Origin: Sphyrna mokarran
Lineage: Eukaryota
NCBI GenBank assembly: GCA_024679065.1
Contig: JAGIQG010000001.1
Location: 99,882,001-99,946,000 of the forward strand
Reading direction: 5' to 3'
DNA length: 64,000 bases
Of the stretch, positions 1 through 12,149 are shown in pieces. Each line of letters opens with the position of its first letter. Positions within the stretch are counted from its first letter, which is position 1. Both the position numbers and the translations under genes were made by a program. The notes beneath the pieces were generated by a model. That model was not told the DNA's origin. It was given only the letters and a program-made list of their open reading frames with translations, and ran no database searches.

Positions 1-640
1 CATTCATCCTCCACTGCTGCCACTCCACCCATGCTCTTGCTGTTGTCTATCAACCACCTCAGACTGCTGCCACCCAGGCCAAACTGGTGCAATCCAAAGT
101 TGGGTCTACAAGGCCCAGATGTGCTACAGTTTGTCTCCCAAGTCCATCTGCAGTCTCCCCCACAGCAAGCCAGCAGATTTCCATCTGCAATGCTGTGATC
201 ATTGGGTAAAACTGCTTTATGATGCTGGGACAGACTTAATTCCCCATAAGAACGCAAAGGCTGAATAGTTCAGTTTTAAGTGCAGTATTGGGAGTGTTGC
301 TAAATTAAGTTGTTATTGAATGGTTTTATATATTTTTTAATTTTAATATTTCAGAAGGTGGGGAATTGTGATACAACTGTGATGTGAGAATGAGATCCCA
401 GAGGAACTGGAGTCCAAGTATCCACTCATGGTCAGTCCACCTGAAGCGACGGGATTCTGGGTTTCTGTGTGCTTTCCCCCTGTTGCTCTTTTTCCTCCTC
501 ATCCTCCTCCCTCTCCACATAGTTTCCCCTCTCTGCTGCCTGTGCTTCATTTCCAGTCCTGCTGCAGCCAAGAAAGATTGCTTCTGTAGCAGATTTTTTT
601 CCTGCCCTGCCAACCATTTCCTCTGACCCCCTTGTCACGG
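1..640. mobile_element. Possible decayed Harbinger-type transposon interior (convergent 3' ends of Myb-like and nuclease genes)
   Basis: + strand 60-210 reads QTAATQAKLVQSKVGSTRPR...PSAVSPTASQQ, a low-complexity tail reminiscent of shark Harbinger Myb proteins. - strand 432-638 has an acidic EREEDEEEKE stretch. No catalytic motif is visible. Confidence 0.25.
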
Positions 641-779
641 TCCAGTATCACTCCTTTGAAAATCCAAAAATGTGTCAAAACTTCTCTAACAACGGAGTAC
701 AGAGTATTTCCACTCACTCTGCAACTCCAGAAGAAAATCAAACACACTTCACCTCAAAGTTTGAAGGTTGGCTTTTAAA

Positions 780-1500
780 TAACATTCGTGTGGATCTTTC
801 ACGCAGCTGAATGCCTGCTACATTATGAGTGATTAAAAGAGAGCACTAATGAGACCAGTGCTGGCCAATAGAGCAGTTTGGGGTTAAATCAGCATTAAGG
901 GCTGTTCGATATCACTCTGCATGCTTTCAGTGCATTTGTGACACATGTGTACTCACACCCTGTCAGTCAGGGTTCATTGAATATAGCTGTGCCAGAAAGA
1001 GCTGAAGGGAGTCCAGCCACCTCTTTATAAGTTTGTGGCTTTTGGATTTCCAGCACTAGGGAACGACAGACTCCCGTTTCACAGCCAGTAACTGTAGCAT
1101 AAGGAAAGGGTGCACCATTGGTTATAATATCACATGCATTGGCCCATTACTTCCCATTTTTATTGCTATCCTAAATTATCTGTGTCTGTGGATGATTTAT
1201 AATGCTTTGCATGCTCTTTTTATTTCCTTGAACCAATAGTACAGTAAATGATTCTGAGCGCTTGTCAATAAAGAACAATATCCCTTTTATTAAGTCTACA
1301 TCATCTGTTCTTAGGACAAACTCAAATCAAAAGTGAATTACTCTACTAACCTTCAACACATCTCAATGTTATTTAATGAAAATGTCAATACATTGAAATG
1401 CTTCAGCATCATTATTTTCTTTTGTAACCAACTGGTAAAAGGTTAAGATGACATATATGTTAATTATTGCATCTTATATTAAGCAGGTGCACCTTTGTTA
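780..1500. promoter_or_regulatory. Repeat-free island, candidate conserved non-coding element
   Basis: No repeat similarity and no ORF. Contains TGATTAA, TGATTTAT (Hox/Pbx-like), CTGTCA and TAATTA motifs. Confidence 0.25.
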
Positions 1501-1877
1501 ACAACCAGAGAGACGTTCAGCATGTCATTGAGGGTAATTTTGGATTTGGGAGATAGTGTAAGTTGGGCAATACAGAGTTATATACCCACTAAACACCTCC
1601 ACCCAGAGACTCCACTACGAACAAAGAACAGGAAAGGTGTTTAACCAGCTGCTACGCTGATATTATCCATTTTACATCACCATCTGAAATTAAAACAAAC
1701 CACATTATGTACTCATGAAGTGTGGGCTGCAGCTCTTTTTAAAAACTTAAAACCCTGGATTAGAATCATTGCAAATTTGGTTTGGCTGAGTCAATGAATT
1801 TCAGCTAAAACTCCAGCAAATTCCAAATTAATTGTGAATTGGAATAGTTATTGAATATATGCAGTCTCTTTTCTTAG

Positions 1878-1935
1878 GAAGATTATAAGATTATGCAAAC
1901 AGACCTGAGACCTGCATACAAACATGAAAAGATGG
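1878..1935 (+). other. Candidate 58-nt exon
   Basis: Acceptor tctcttttcttag|G and donor TGG|gtaagt. Frame 0 is open (EDYKIMQTDLRPAYKHEKM); the peptide is not recognised. Confidence 0.25.
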
Positions 1936-3163
1936 GTAAGTACTTGTCAATGACTGTATTTCAAACTAACATTAAAATGAACTGAAGCCCGATAATATAG
2001 TGAGCATGTGTCTTGGTTACAAGATTTCATTATACATAGATCATCAATAATGGTTCATATAAGTAATATTTTCTCAGATGGTATTATTGGCTCTAGTATA
2101 TTACAGATACTTCATAAAAAATGCAAGAGAATAGCATCATTTTAGCAAGAAAGTGAAACCTTGTTTGTTAGGAAAATTCATTTATAAGAGAATAGGTGGG
2201 GCTGATTTTCCCGACAATCCTCAGCCCACATTCAGGTTAGCGTACCCATAGTGATAACATTCATTGGCCCTGATACATGGCATGTCTGCCTAGTCAGCTC
2301 TGATGTTGGGCATCAATTGCAGAAGTGAGAGCAAGTAAGGTCCTGGCTGCTATTGAAGCCCAAGGCTAAAGGAGTTTTTTAACCACAAATCATGGTTACT
2401 TGCTGAAGGAAGATGAACCACCAACCATCTGGCCTTGATATTGCATCAATTAAAGCTTTCAGAAAGTTTCACAGTAGATAATCATTTGTGTACGCACTGT
2501 AGATCTGAATGATGCAATGTCTATCTCAGTGCAAACAGACCAGCACAACACTCCTCCAAAAGTGCCTTTACAGCACATATTTTAGACAATAAATTGAAAC
2601 AATTGTGAATTGATAACATGCATTTGTTTCAAAGCAAATAGAAGGTTATGAGGTTAATGTAAGGCATAGTTCTCAGACAATAAGAATCCTGTTTTTGTGA
2701 GTACCTCTAATCTAATCAAGATTATTTCACATCCCCTAACCATATGTTAGTTTTATCAACTGTTTTCTCATCATTGTTTTAAAACTTTTGATTTTTAAAA
2801 ACCTACAGGGCAAATGTTTACCAACACATATGAAGCATTTTAAGTTTAAAAAAAAACTGCTTGAACCTTTTTGAGACTGACAAAAAGATTGTTGTTAAAT
2901 GCCTTGTGTTAAAATAATGCTGGATTGAAAGCAAGGTTGGAGAAAAAATTATAATAGAATTCCAAACTGAATTAATCATCTATTGCTGGGGTGAGGGTAA
3001 TGTTATATCTGCAAAAGACAGCAAATATTCTTAAGTTTTGCTTAGTTACTCTTCAAATTAGAAAACTTTTATGAAAAAGTTTTTGTTCTGAAGATTAAAT
3101 GGCAGTGTTACAATCATTGTCATTGGAAGGTATGAGCTTTTCAAAAGAATGTCTTTACTCAGT

Positions 3164-3380
3164 TTTGATGTGGAAATGCTGGCATTGGACAGGGATGGGC
3201 ACAGTAAGAAGTCTCATAACACCAGATTAAAGTCCAACAGGTTTATTTGGTAGCATGAGTTTCGGAGTGCTGCTCCTTTATCGACTGAGCCCATTCACCC
3301 AATGAGGGGGCGGTGCTCCAAAAACTCAGGATACCAAATAAACCTGTTGGATTTTAACTGGTGTTGTGAGATGTCTTACA
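3164..3380. mobile_element. Penelope-like inverted pLTR (hairpin) insertion, family A
   Basis: Inverted arms (gtaagaagtctcataacaccag...gtttatttggta / taccaaataaacctgttgg...gtcttac). TSD TTACTCAGT at 3155-3163 and 3381-3389. Confidence 0.85.
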
Positions 3381-3969
3381 TTACTCAGTAAATTTGTTAT
3401 GCCTCATCAAGGCAAGGATAGAAATATAACATTTGGCTTGTCATGTTTGGTCTGACTGTTTTCCAGGTTATTCATTTTTTGTTTAAACAATGCAATCCTG
3501 ATTGAAATGTATCAGTCTGGCTCCAGGTCGAAGCAGCAGTTAATGGCAGCATGCACACAGCACAGGATAAAAGCTTGGGGATAGATTGTGGCTTTCATTT
3601 TCCAGAACTTTTGCTGTAAGTTCAGCTCAGGGAACCACAAAAACCTCAGAGTAGAATAAGCTTTCATGGGTTTTCCCTGAAGCTCCGGTTATTGTTATTG
3701 CAGTAAAAGAACATGTGAGGAAATGATCATTTTAAAATCTATGTTCTGTTCACGATGGTGAAAAACATGGATTAAAATCATCTCCGAGACAGCCTAACTT
3801 TCTCACCATGGCAATTCCATTTTCATGATTGTGTCCAAGATTCAGATGTTCTGTACTGAAGAGATAACTTCTTTTCTCCCTATGCAAAAGCAATTAATCT
3901 TGTCGATTTTGTGCTTATTGAGGTGAAGGATGTTAACTAAAATATAACTATAAAAGAAAATAGTGGAAA

Positions 3970-4250
3970 TAAAGGGAAGCAGATTTAGAACTGAGTTGAG
4001 GAGGAACTTCTTCATCCAAAGGGTTGTGAATCTGTGGAATTCCCAGTGAAGCAGTTGAGGCTACCTCATTGAATGTTTTTAAGGCAAAGATCAATAAATT
4101 TTTGAACAGTAAAGGAATTAAGACTTATGGTGAGTGGGCAGGTGAGTGGATCTGAGTCCATGAAAAAAATCAGCCTTGATCTCACTGAATGTCAGAGCAG
4201 GTTTAAGAGGCCAGATGGCCTATTTCTGCACCTAGTTCTTATGTTCTTAC
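3970..4250 (+). mobile_element. CR1 LINE 3' end
   Basis: KGSRFRTELRRNFFIQRVVNLWNS C-terminal motif; 3'UTR ends gttcttatgttctta. Confidence 0.85.
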
Positions 4251-4479
4251 GAAATACATTGCAGGTTAACTGGGATCTGCAAAGAGGAATGAGGAAATTA
4301 TGCTGAAGGATGGATTCAGATCAACATCAGGAACTCTCAAGTATTGTAAGGTAAGTTGCAAAACAAACATCCACTGCTCTATCCCAACATTCCGTTCTAT
4401 TTCCATTGTGTCACATTATATATGTGCGATGACTGCTCCATCTCCAATTCAAAAGATAAAATCATAGACTGATGCATCA

Positions 4480-4725
4480 CAGGACAGGGACATTCCAGAC
4501 TCTTAGCAATGTGGTTGACTCTTAACTTCCACCACAAATGGGTAGCAAGCTATTTAATTGTTCATGAACAGTTGAGTAAGTGTAAAACTGGATAGACCTA
4601 GACACCAAGTACAGAGTGTCCAGTTGATGAGATCCTTATTTCTAACATCTGGGGACTTGTGCCAATATTGGTAGACCTGTCCCCCAGTCTAGTCAAGCAA
4701 CAGTCTGACATAGTTATGTGCATCT
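4480..4725 (+). mobile_element. LINE 5' fragment (end of SINE-like head joined to start of endonuclease)
   Basis: gcaatgtggttgactcttaac (shared with the SINE body) is followed by NIWGLVPILVDLSPSLVKQQSDIV. Confidence 0.6.
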
Positions 4726-5832
4726 ATCCATTTAGAATGGTAGTAGTACCACACAATACAATGGAGGATATCCTCAATGTGAAGATGTTACTTTGACTCC
4801 ACAAGAACTGTATGGTGGTCATTCCGACTGTCCTATGATACTGTCGTGGACAAATGCATCTGTGGCAGACAGGTTTGTGATGATGAGGTCAAGCATATTT
4901 TTCTCTCTTGTTGGTTCCCTCACTACCTGCTGAAATCCCAGTCTAGAAGTTATGTCTTTGGGACCTGGCCAACTCAGTATGTGGTGGTGCTGCCAAGCCA
5001 TTATTCGTGATGGACATTGAAGATCCCCACTCATAGTACATTCCATGGCCTTGCTAACCTCAGTCCTTCACCCAAGTGGTGCTGAACATGGAGGAATATT
5101 GATTCATCAGCTGAGGGGGGAGGGGGGGGTTGGGGGCTTATGATACATGGTAATCAGTAGGAAGACTCCTTGCCCATGTTTAAACTGATGCCATGAGGAT
5201 TCATGCGGTCCAAAATCAATACTGAGGACTGGCAGGGCAACTCTTACTCAACAGTGTACCACTGTGCCATCACCTCTGCTGGGTCTGTGTTGCCAGTGAG
5301 ACAGGACATCCACAAGAATGGTGATGGTGGTATCTGGGATATTATCTCTAAGGTATGATTCTGTGAGTATAGCTATGACAGGCTGTTGCTTCATTTGCCT
5401 ACGAGACAATGATCTCAATTTTAGCATAAAATTCTAGATATTAGCAAGGAGGACTTTGGAAGGTTAACAATTAATGAGTTTGTCATTAATTTTTATGATG
5501 CTGGTTGATCCACCTGGTTTCCTTCCTTATCCAATTTTCTGTAGTAGTGGTTTGCTGCATCATTTCAGAGGGCATTTAAGAGTTAACCACATTGCTGTGG
5601 GTCAGAAGTCACATGGAAGCCAGACAAGTTAGGGATGACAGACTTCTTTCCCTAAAGGGCATTACTAAACTAGATGTGTTTTTGACAACAAATAATTAAC
5701 TAATGGTCATAATTAGACTTTTAATTAGAGATTTGTATTGTGGCGTTGGTGGGATTTGAACCCAGGTTCCCAGAGCATTACCCTAGGTCTCTTGGATTAC
5801 AATGACAAAACCACTATGCCACTGCTACCTCC
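4725..5832 (-). mobile_element. CR1-group LINE 5' region: tRNA-like head plus APE endonuclease remnant
   Basis: - strand begins ggaggtagcagTGGCATAGTGG (A box) ... GGTTCAAATCC (B box). It continues into ILTESYL, GIFNVHH and REPTREKNMLDLIITN...IGQSDDH (APE motifs; ORF 4819-5046). Confidence 0.8.
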
Positions 5833-6144
5833 TTATCACTACTATGTTTTATAGATATGTAAGTTTACTGTCATGTGTTAATATTCAATCAGACACATGT
5901 TATTTTGTTTTGTTGTCTGGTAAGCAGTTCCTATCTTTAAAGATAAACTTTTAGAAGGGGATTTTCAGCCAGCATTGACCACAAGCAAAAATAGCTACAC
6001 AGTTGGAAAATCCCACAAGACCGTGGGAATGAGAACCTCAGGAGCAGGATCTAGTTCTCGAATTTTCCCTGTAACTTGCTGATGACAAATAAAAGTCAGA
6101 GATATCATGGTTCAGAAGCAGATAAGGACACAATAGAAATTATA

Positions 6145-6430
6145 GGGCAGCATGGTAGCATAATAGATAGCCCTCTTGCTTCACAGTGTCAGGAACACAG
6201 ATTCAATTCCCGGCTTGGGTCACTGTCTGTGCAGAGTCTGCATGTTCTCTCCTTGTCTGCATGGGTCTTCTCCAGGCGTTTTTGGTTTCCTTCCACATTC
6301 TGAAAGTTGTGTTGCTTAGGTACATTGACCTGAAGAGGCAGTGAACTGTGATGACTCAGAGAATTTCACAGTAACTTCATTGCAGTGTTAATGTAAGCCT
6401 TACCTGTGGCTAATAAATAAATTATACTTT
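6145..6430 (+). mobile_element. HE1/V-SINE-type tRNA SINE (tail type 2)
   Basis: tRNA-like head, V-domain ggtcactgtctgtgcagagtctgcatgttctc, tail gtaacttcattgcagtgttaatgtaagcc...taataaataa. Confidence 0.85.
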
Positions 6431-6439
6431 CAAAAAAAG

Positions 6440-6810
6440 TGGGAACAGGGCAAGAAACATTAAAAGTTTAAGGTTTTGTAACTGAATACTCAAAGCATCC
6501 AAAACAAAATGGATGAATTGGTTATGCAGATAGATGTAAAAAGATATAATATAGTTAGGATTATGAAGACATGGCTCCAAGGTGATCATTGATGGCTACT
6601 AAATAATGTTTAAGAAAAACAGACAGGAAGAAAAATATGATGGAGTTACATTGTTGATTAAAGGAGATATTGTACAATATTGTACCAATACAGATTCCAC
6701 AATGTGGTGGAATCTGTATGGGTCAAGTTTAGAAACACCAAGGAGCAAAAAATATTTGTGGGGTTGATATACGGACCACCAAATTGCAGTGATAATGTTG
6801 TGAATTGCAT
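6440..6810 (+). mobile_element. CR1 ORF2 endonuclease N-terminal remnant
   Basis: Degenerate LNTQSIQNKMDEL, IMKTWLQ, VESVWV, GLIYGPPN. Confidence 0.75.
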
Positions 6811-6844
6811 ATCACCTTCGGAGGTGAGGTCACCATTCTTACCG

Positions 6845-7158
6845 ACAGGTTAGAATAGCCTTTTTCCTAGGATGGAGAAAGCTAGCACGAGGGGACACAG
6901 CTTTAAATTAAGGGGTATGAGTTATAGGACGGATATCAGAGGTAGGTTCTTTACTCAAAGAGTGATTAGGGAGTGGAATGCCCTGCCTGCAGCTGTTGTA
7001 GATGCGCCAAGTTTGGTGGCGTTTAAGAGGTTAATTGATAAGTATATGGAAGAGAAGGGAATGGTTTAGTTTGGAGGGGCATTGCTTTTTATTTTGGTCG
7101 GCACAACATCGAAGGCCGAAGGGCCTGTTCTGTGCTGTATTGTTCTATGTTCTATGTT
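6845..7158 (+). mobile_element. Young CR1 3' end
   Basis: ORF 6872-7069 (TRGHSFKLRG...FFTQRVIREWNALP); tail tgttctatgttctatg. Near-identical to 62898-63171. Confidence 0.9.
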
Positions 7159-7474
7159 AATGCAAGCTCAAAATTCCATCTCTGACAAATTATCAGAAAA
7201 TTCTAGCCTCAGTTCAATAAAGTGGGATGACCAATGAATGTCAGTTGAAACAAATGTCAATCACTACTATCACTGATACAGGATATAATGTCATGGTTCC
7301 ACAACTTGTAGGTAATCATAAGCAGTTGTTATAGAGGTTAAATGTGCACCTCACAAACTTCCAGTGAACATCTATATATTGCCTTATCTGCAAATAAAGA
7401 ATCAATATTATTGTTTCACCAATCCTTGTGTATGATTAGTGAATTTACTTGAAGACAAGAATGTAACATCTGGG

Positions 7475-7670
7475 GTCCCTACAATACTGAAAGAAGCCAT
7501 TCAGCCCATCATAGTGGCATCAGCTGTTCAAAAGAGTACCTTACTCATGTCACCCATTCCTCTTCCTGTAACCCTGCACATTTATTATGGCTAATCCATC
7601 TGACCTGCACATCTTTGGGTACCAAGGGAAATTTAGCATGGCCAATCTACCTAGCTTGCACATCTTTGGT
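7475..7670 (-). mobile_element. V-SINE 3' portion (CR1-type tail)
   Basis: Reverse complement of gatgtgcaagctaggtagattggccatgctaaatt and gggctgaatggcttctttcagtattgtagggac. Confidence 0.6.
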
Positions 7671-7727
7671 TAAATAATATCTGCTAAATGTAATTTCCTT
7701 ATTGCTATTCTTTTACTGCCAGAAATA

Positions 7728-7945
7728 AACATAGAATAAAGAGCAGGAGTAGACCATTCATCCCACTAAGCCTGCTCTGCCCCTTCATTATGATCATGGC
7801 TGATCATCCAACTCAGTAACCTCTTCCCACTTTCCACTTTCCCCCGATGTTCTTTGATTCCCTTAAACCCCAAGAGCTATAACTAACTGCTTCTTGAAAT
7901 CATACAATACTTTGGCCTCAACGGCTCTCTGTGGTAGAAACTTAT
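7728..7945 (-). mobile_element. CR1 3' end
   Basis: ORF 7863-8045 LPQRAVEAKVLYDFKKQL; 3'UTR gatcagccatgatc. Confidence 0.8.
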
Positions 7946-8982
7946 CATTTCTGTAACTGACACGAGACATGGTTATAAATGGCCAACTGAAAGATAGTTG
8001 AGGAAAATGTTCAATGTTACTATTTGAACATTCATTGGACAGCACAAAGAGAAGACAATATGTCTGGAAAGGATCATAGCCAATACTAAAGCACAGTTAT
8101 GGTTACAAACACAAGTTGAACATATTCCTGGAAATGTCTACCAATGTCCCCTGGATGCCAGTTGACCTTTTCCATCATTCCTTCTATCAGTTGCCCAATA
8201 TGCCAATCCTCCTAGACACTATCTTTCCATGCCTACTGGAAACAGACTTTTCATTACTTGATTGGATAATTCTTTCTCAGTCATGTGTTCTTTTTTTTGC
8301 TCCCACGCTGAAGAACTAATAAAGAAAAATGTTCAAAAAAAACGATGAAAAACATTTTTGAACGGATGTATGATTTTGCTCCAGTTTGGCTCACAATAGT
8401 ATCTGGAGATCAATCTTCAATTCCTGGAGACTCTGGGGTAATCCTAAACTCAATTTATTTTCCTGAAAAGAAATCCTCTCTGCTAACACCCTGTAATTCA
8501 TGTTTTTACACCAGATTATTTTACAAAAAAAATACCTGAGTGGATTTTCTTTCAGCAAAGGTCTTTCAGTCATCACAATGTCAGATGTAGAAGGCTAGTT
8601 AAAGATGGAATGATGAAGGATTACCTTGTGATTTTATTATATAGTTATTGTAATGATACATGAAGACTAGCAAGTCATTTTGAGGGTATCTGGGGTTATT
8701 TTCATAAAACAAGACCGACAACTTTCAAACAGCTTTCAAGTAAAGCATCACCTTCACAAGAAATAAATGCAGAAAATGCCAGAAATACACAATCAATCTG
8801 TCACTACCTGGTAAAAGAAAATACATTTCCAAGAATGATACTCTGCCCGAACTAAGCAGGTATAATTATCAGGGCAGCCTGAACAGAGTGGGGCTTTATT
8901 TCTGGAAAACAGAAGGGTGACTAATGGAAGTCTTTGACATTATGAAAATGTTTGAGATGTTTCTGGGAGTCCAGAACTAGAA

Positions 8983-9210
8983 GTGGCACAGTGGTTAGCA
9001 CAGCTGCCTCACAGCACCAGGGATCCAAGTTTGATTCCTGGCTTGGGTCACTGTCAGTGTGGAGTTTGCACATTCTCCTTATGTCTGCATGGGTTTCCTC
9101 CAGGTGCTCTGGTTTCCTCTCACTGTCCAACAATGTGATGGTTAGGTTGATTGGCCATACTAAATTGACCTTAGTATTGGGGGGTGAGGTGGGGGGATTA
9201 GCAAGGTTAA
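8983..9210 (+). mobile_element. HE1/V-SINE (3'-truncated)
   Basis: gtggcacagtggttagcacagctgcctcacagcaccaggg head and V-domain tggagtttgcacattctcc. Confidence 0.9.
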
Positions 9211-9684
9211 TGCTCAGAGTTAATGAGAAATTTAAGAGTGTGCAAAAACAGGCCGTACAAGAAAACCCTTCGCATGAAATGGAACAGCAAGGAGTGGATT
9301 TCTAATAGATAATTCAGGCTGTGGGTACAAGGGGATTTTGGGGCCTGATACCGATAAGAAATTCTCTTCAAACAAGGTTTGGCTTGAATGGGAGCGCTCC
9401 ACATCCTTGCGTTGCCTCAACACCCCGAGTGTAACTGTGGCTGAGCGCCACATTTTTAAGGCTCACCAGGGCTTTGTCTGGAGCTGGACAATGCACAAGT
9501 GTTTCAGCAACAACTAGCCTGCTCCTCTGTCATCCTGTATGTCACCAACTTTGGTCACCTTGGCAACTCTCACATTCAGAATTCCTGCTAGTGGAGATGT
9601 GCATTCATGAACAGCTGCTGTGGTGTGATTTTGTGTCTCCTGGCCTCATGTTTCCTAGTGCATTAATGTAACCACTATCAGAGA

Positions 9685-10762
9685 AAACAGAAAATAAGAG
9701 CAGTACTTTGAGCCTGCGCCAACATTCAGTATGATCATGGCTGATCCTCTATCTCAATGCCATACGCCCATGCTTTCTCCATCCCATTGACTCCTTTAAA
9801 ATCTAGAAATCTATTCCCTTTCTAAATATATTCAGTGATTTGGCCTCCACAGCCTTCTGTAGAAAATTCCACAGGCTCATCATCCTCCGATTGAAAAGGT
9901 TTCTCCTCATCTCAGTCCAAAATGGCCTATCCCATATCCTAGACTGTGACACCTTGGTCTAGAACCCTCAGTAAAGTTTCACAACACCAATTTTAAATCC
10001 AACCAATTTATTTGATAGTACATTCGCAAGCTCGCGAATTTACTATCAAATAAATTGATTGGATTTAAAATTGGTGTTGTGAAACTTTACTGAGTTTACC
10101 CCAGTCCAACGCCAGCGTCTTTACATCATGACTAGAACCCTCAGCCAGAGGAAGCAACACCCTATATCCAGTATGCCCAGCTCTGTCAGAAATGTGTGCG
10201 TTTTAATGAAATCCCCCTCTCATTTTTCAAAATTGCAGTGCATACAGCCCTCTCAACCCAATTTCTCCTCATACAACAATCCTGCTATCCCATGAATCAG
10301 TTTAGTGAATCTTGATTGCAGTCCCCATATGGCGAAAATAACTTTTCTTAGATAAGGAAATTAAAGCTGTACACACAGCTCCAGGTATGGTCTCACCCAA
10401 GGCGCTATACAGCTGCACTAAGACATCCTTGCTGCTATATTCAAATCCCTCTTGCAACAAAGGCCAGCGTTCCATTTGCCTTCTTGACTGTTTATTGTAC
10501 CTGCAGGCTGCTTTCAGTGACTGGTGTACTAGGGCACCCAGGTCACTTTGAATGTCAACATTTCCCAATCTATCTTCATGTAAATAATACTCTGCTTTTC
10601 CTTCCAAAGTGGAAGCCTTTACAATTATCCATATTATACTGCATATGCCATGTATTTGCCCACTCAACTTCTTTCAGTCACTTTGAAACCTCTTCACATC
10701 CTCCTCACCACTCACATCCCCATCAAGTTTTGTGTTATTAACAAACTTGGAAATATTACATG
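9685..10762 (-). mobile_element. CR1 3' ~0.9 kb, interrupted by Penelope hairpin
   Basis: ORF 10302-10667 (DLGALVHQSLKA, FEYSSKDVLVQLYSAL) and CR1 3'UTR. Confidence 0.85.
9967..10131. mobile_element. Penelope-like inverted pLTR insertion, family B
   Basis: Near-perfect 128-bp palindrome 9967-10094 centred on AG|CT, plus a one-sided ~37-nt tail. TSD CTAGAACCCTCAG at 9959-9971 and 10132-10144. Confidence 0.9.
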
Positions 10763-10944
10763 CCACCACACTCCCTGACAAGATGCATGGGAGAACAGAT
10801 TGAGTAGCTTCATGGTCACCATTATTGAAACTGACTTTGGTTTCCAGGTTTATTTAAGTCACTGTAAATAAGTTCTTCTACAACTGTGGTTGGATTTGAT
10901 TTTGTGTCTCCTGAACATCAGTCCAGATCTTGGGTTTCTTTTTG

Positions 10945-11410
10945 CATTACAAGGCTGAAGCATTCACCACAATCTTCAGCCGGAAGTGCAGAGTGGATGA
11001 TCCATCTCAGTATCCGGAGGTTCCCAGCATCATAGATAACAGTCTTCAGCCAATTCGATTCAGCCCACGTGGTATCATAAAACAGCTGAAAGCACTAGAT
11101 ACTTTGCAGACTCTGGCTGAAGACTTGTGTTCCAGAATTAGCTGTGCCCCTACCCCAAGGTATTCCAGCTACAAAACTACTGAAAATGGGAAAAATTGCC
11201 CAGGTATGTCCTGTACACAAAAAGCAGGACAAATCCAACTGATCAATCATCAGCAAAGCAAAAGAAGGGTTGCCAACAATGCTATCAAGTGATACTTACC
11301 CAAAAATAACCTGCTCACTGATGTTCAGTTCAGGTTCAGCCAGGGCCACTCAGATCCTGACCTCATTAGACCTGACCTTGGCACAAATGTGGAGCTGAAC
11401 TCAAGGTCAA
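10945..11410 (+). mobile_element. CR1-group LINE RT-upstream fragment (probably the tRNA-headed family)
   Basis: ORF 10930-11292 KAEAFTTIFSRKCRVDDP...LQPIRFSPRGIIKQLKALDT, then NLLTDVQFRFSQGHSDPDLI. Confidence 0.7.
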
Positions 11411-11419
11411 GTTTCAAAA

Positions 11420-12060
11420 GATCAAATGCAACTATCTTTATGTCATGAATAAGGCAGGAGATGTCTCTGTTGTGGAAGATGTGATATTCCCGTCGATCAG
11501 CAAGAATTTGTCAAGGTAGATGATAAGTGAATGCTTTTCAGGGTTTGGATGAAGTTTTCTGTTAGTCCATTAGCAGCATGATGATAAAGTACAGACATCC
11601 TGTGATAAATACCATTTCCTGGGAGGAAGTTCACAAATTCCTGCCAGACAAATTGAGATCCGTTGTCACTTACCAGATGTTCAGGAAATCCAAAGCATCA
11701 AAATACTTCTCCTATCTTCTCAATATGTGTCTCAGATGAGGTAAATGTCATCACCGCAGAGGCCTCTGATCATTTGGTATGAGTATTGACCATTATTAAG
11801 AACATACATCCTTCGAAAGGTCCTGCAAAACCCACATACCAACATTGCCATGCCTCTTCAGACCATTCCCATGGATGCAGCTGTGCTATGGGGCTGCGGG
11901 TTTCTTATCTTCACATAAGAAGAACATGTTCTCACTTTCTCTTCAAATTCCACATCCAGATCACCAGAATAATTTCTTGCTGTTTCTTTCATGTATACAA
12001 CTCTGCACTGACCTTCTCATAGCCTCCCTAACAGCTGTTCCCTTAATGGTGGCAAAATAT
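11420..12060 (-). mobile_element. Gypsy LTR retrotransposon integrase remnant
   Basis: - strand frames give HPWEW...GFAGPFEGCMFLIMV, FGFPEHLVSDNGSQF and YHHAANGLTENFIQTLK (rve integrase core), with stops. Confidence 0.85.
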
Positions 12061-12149
12061 TCACCCTTGAGACCCCATAGAAGACACTTCACTAAACTAA
12101 CAGCTCCATTCTCCTGGAGTAGTAGGGTTTCAGGTTAGGTGTTAGTTAG

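Noticed and set aside
9967-10094. miRNA precursor or MITE
   Set aside because: The arms match the Penelope pLTR at 32645-32710, so the hairpin is explained as an inverted pLTR insertion.
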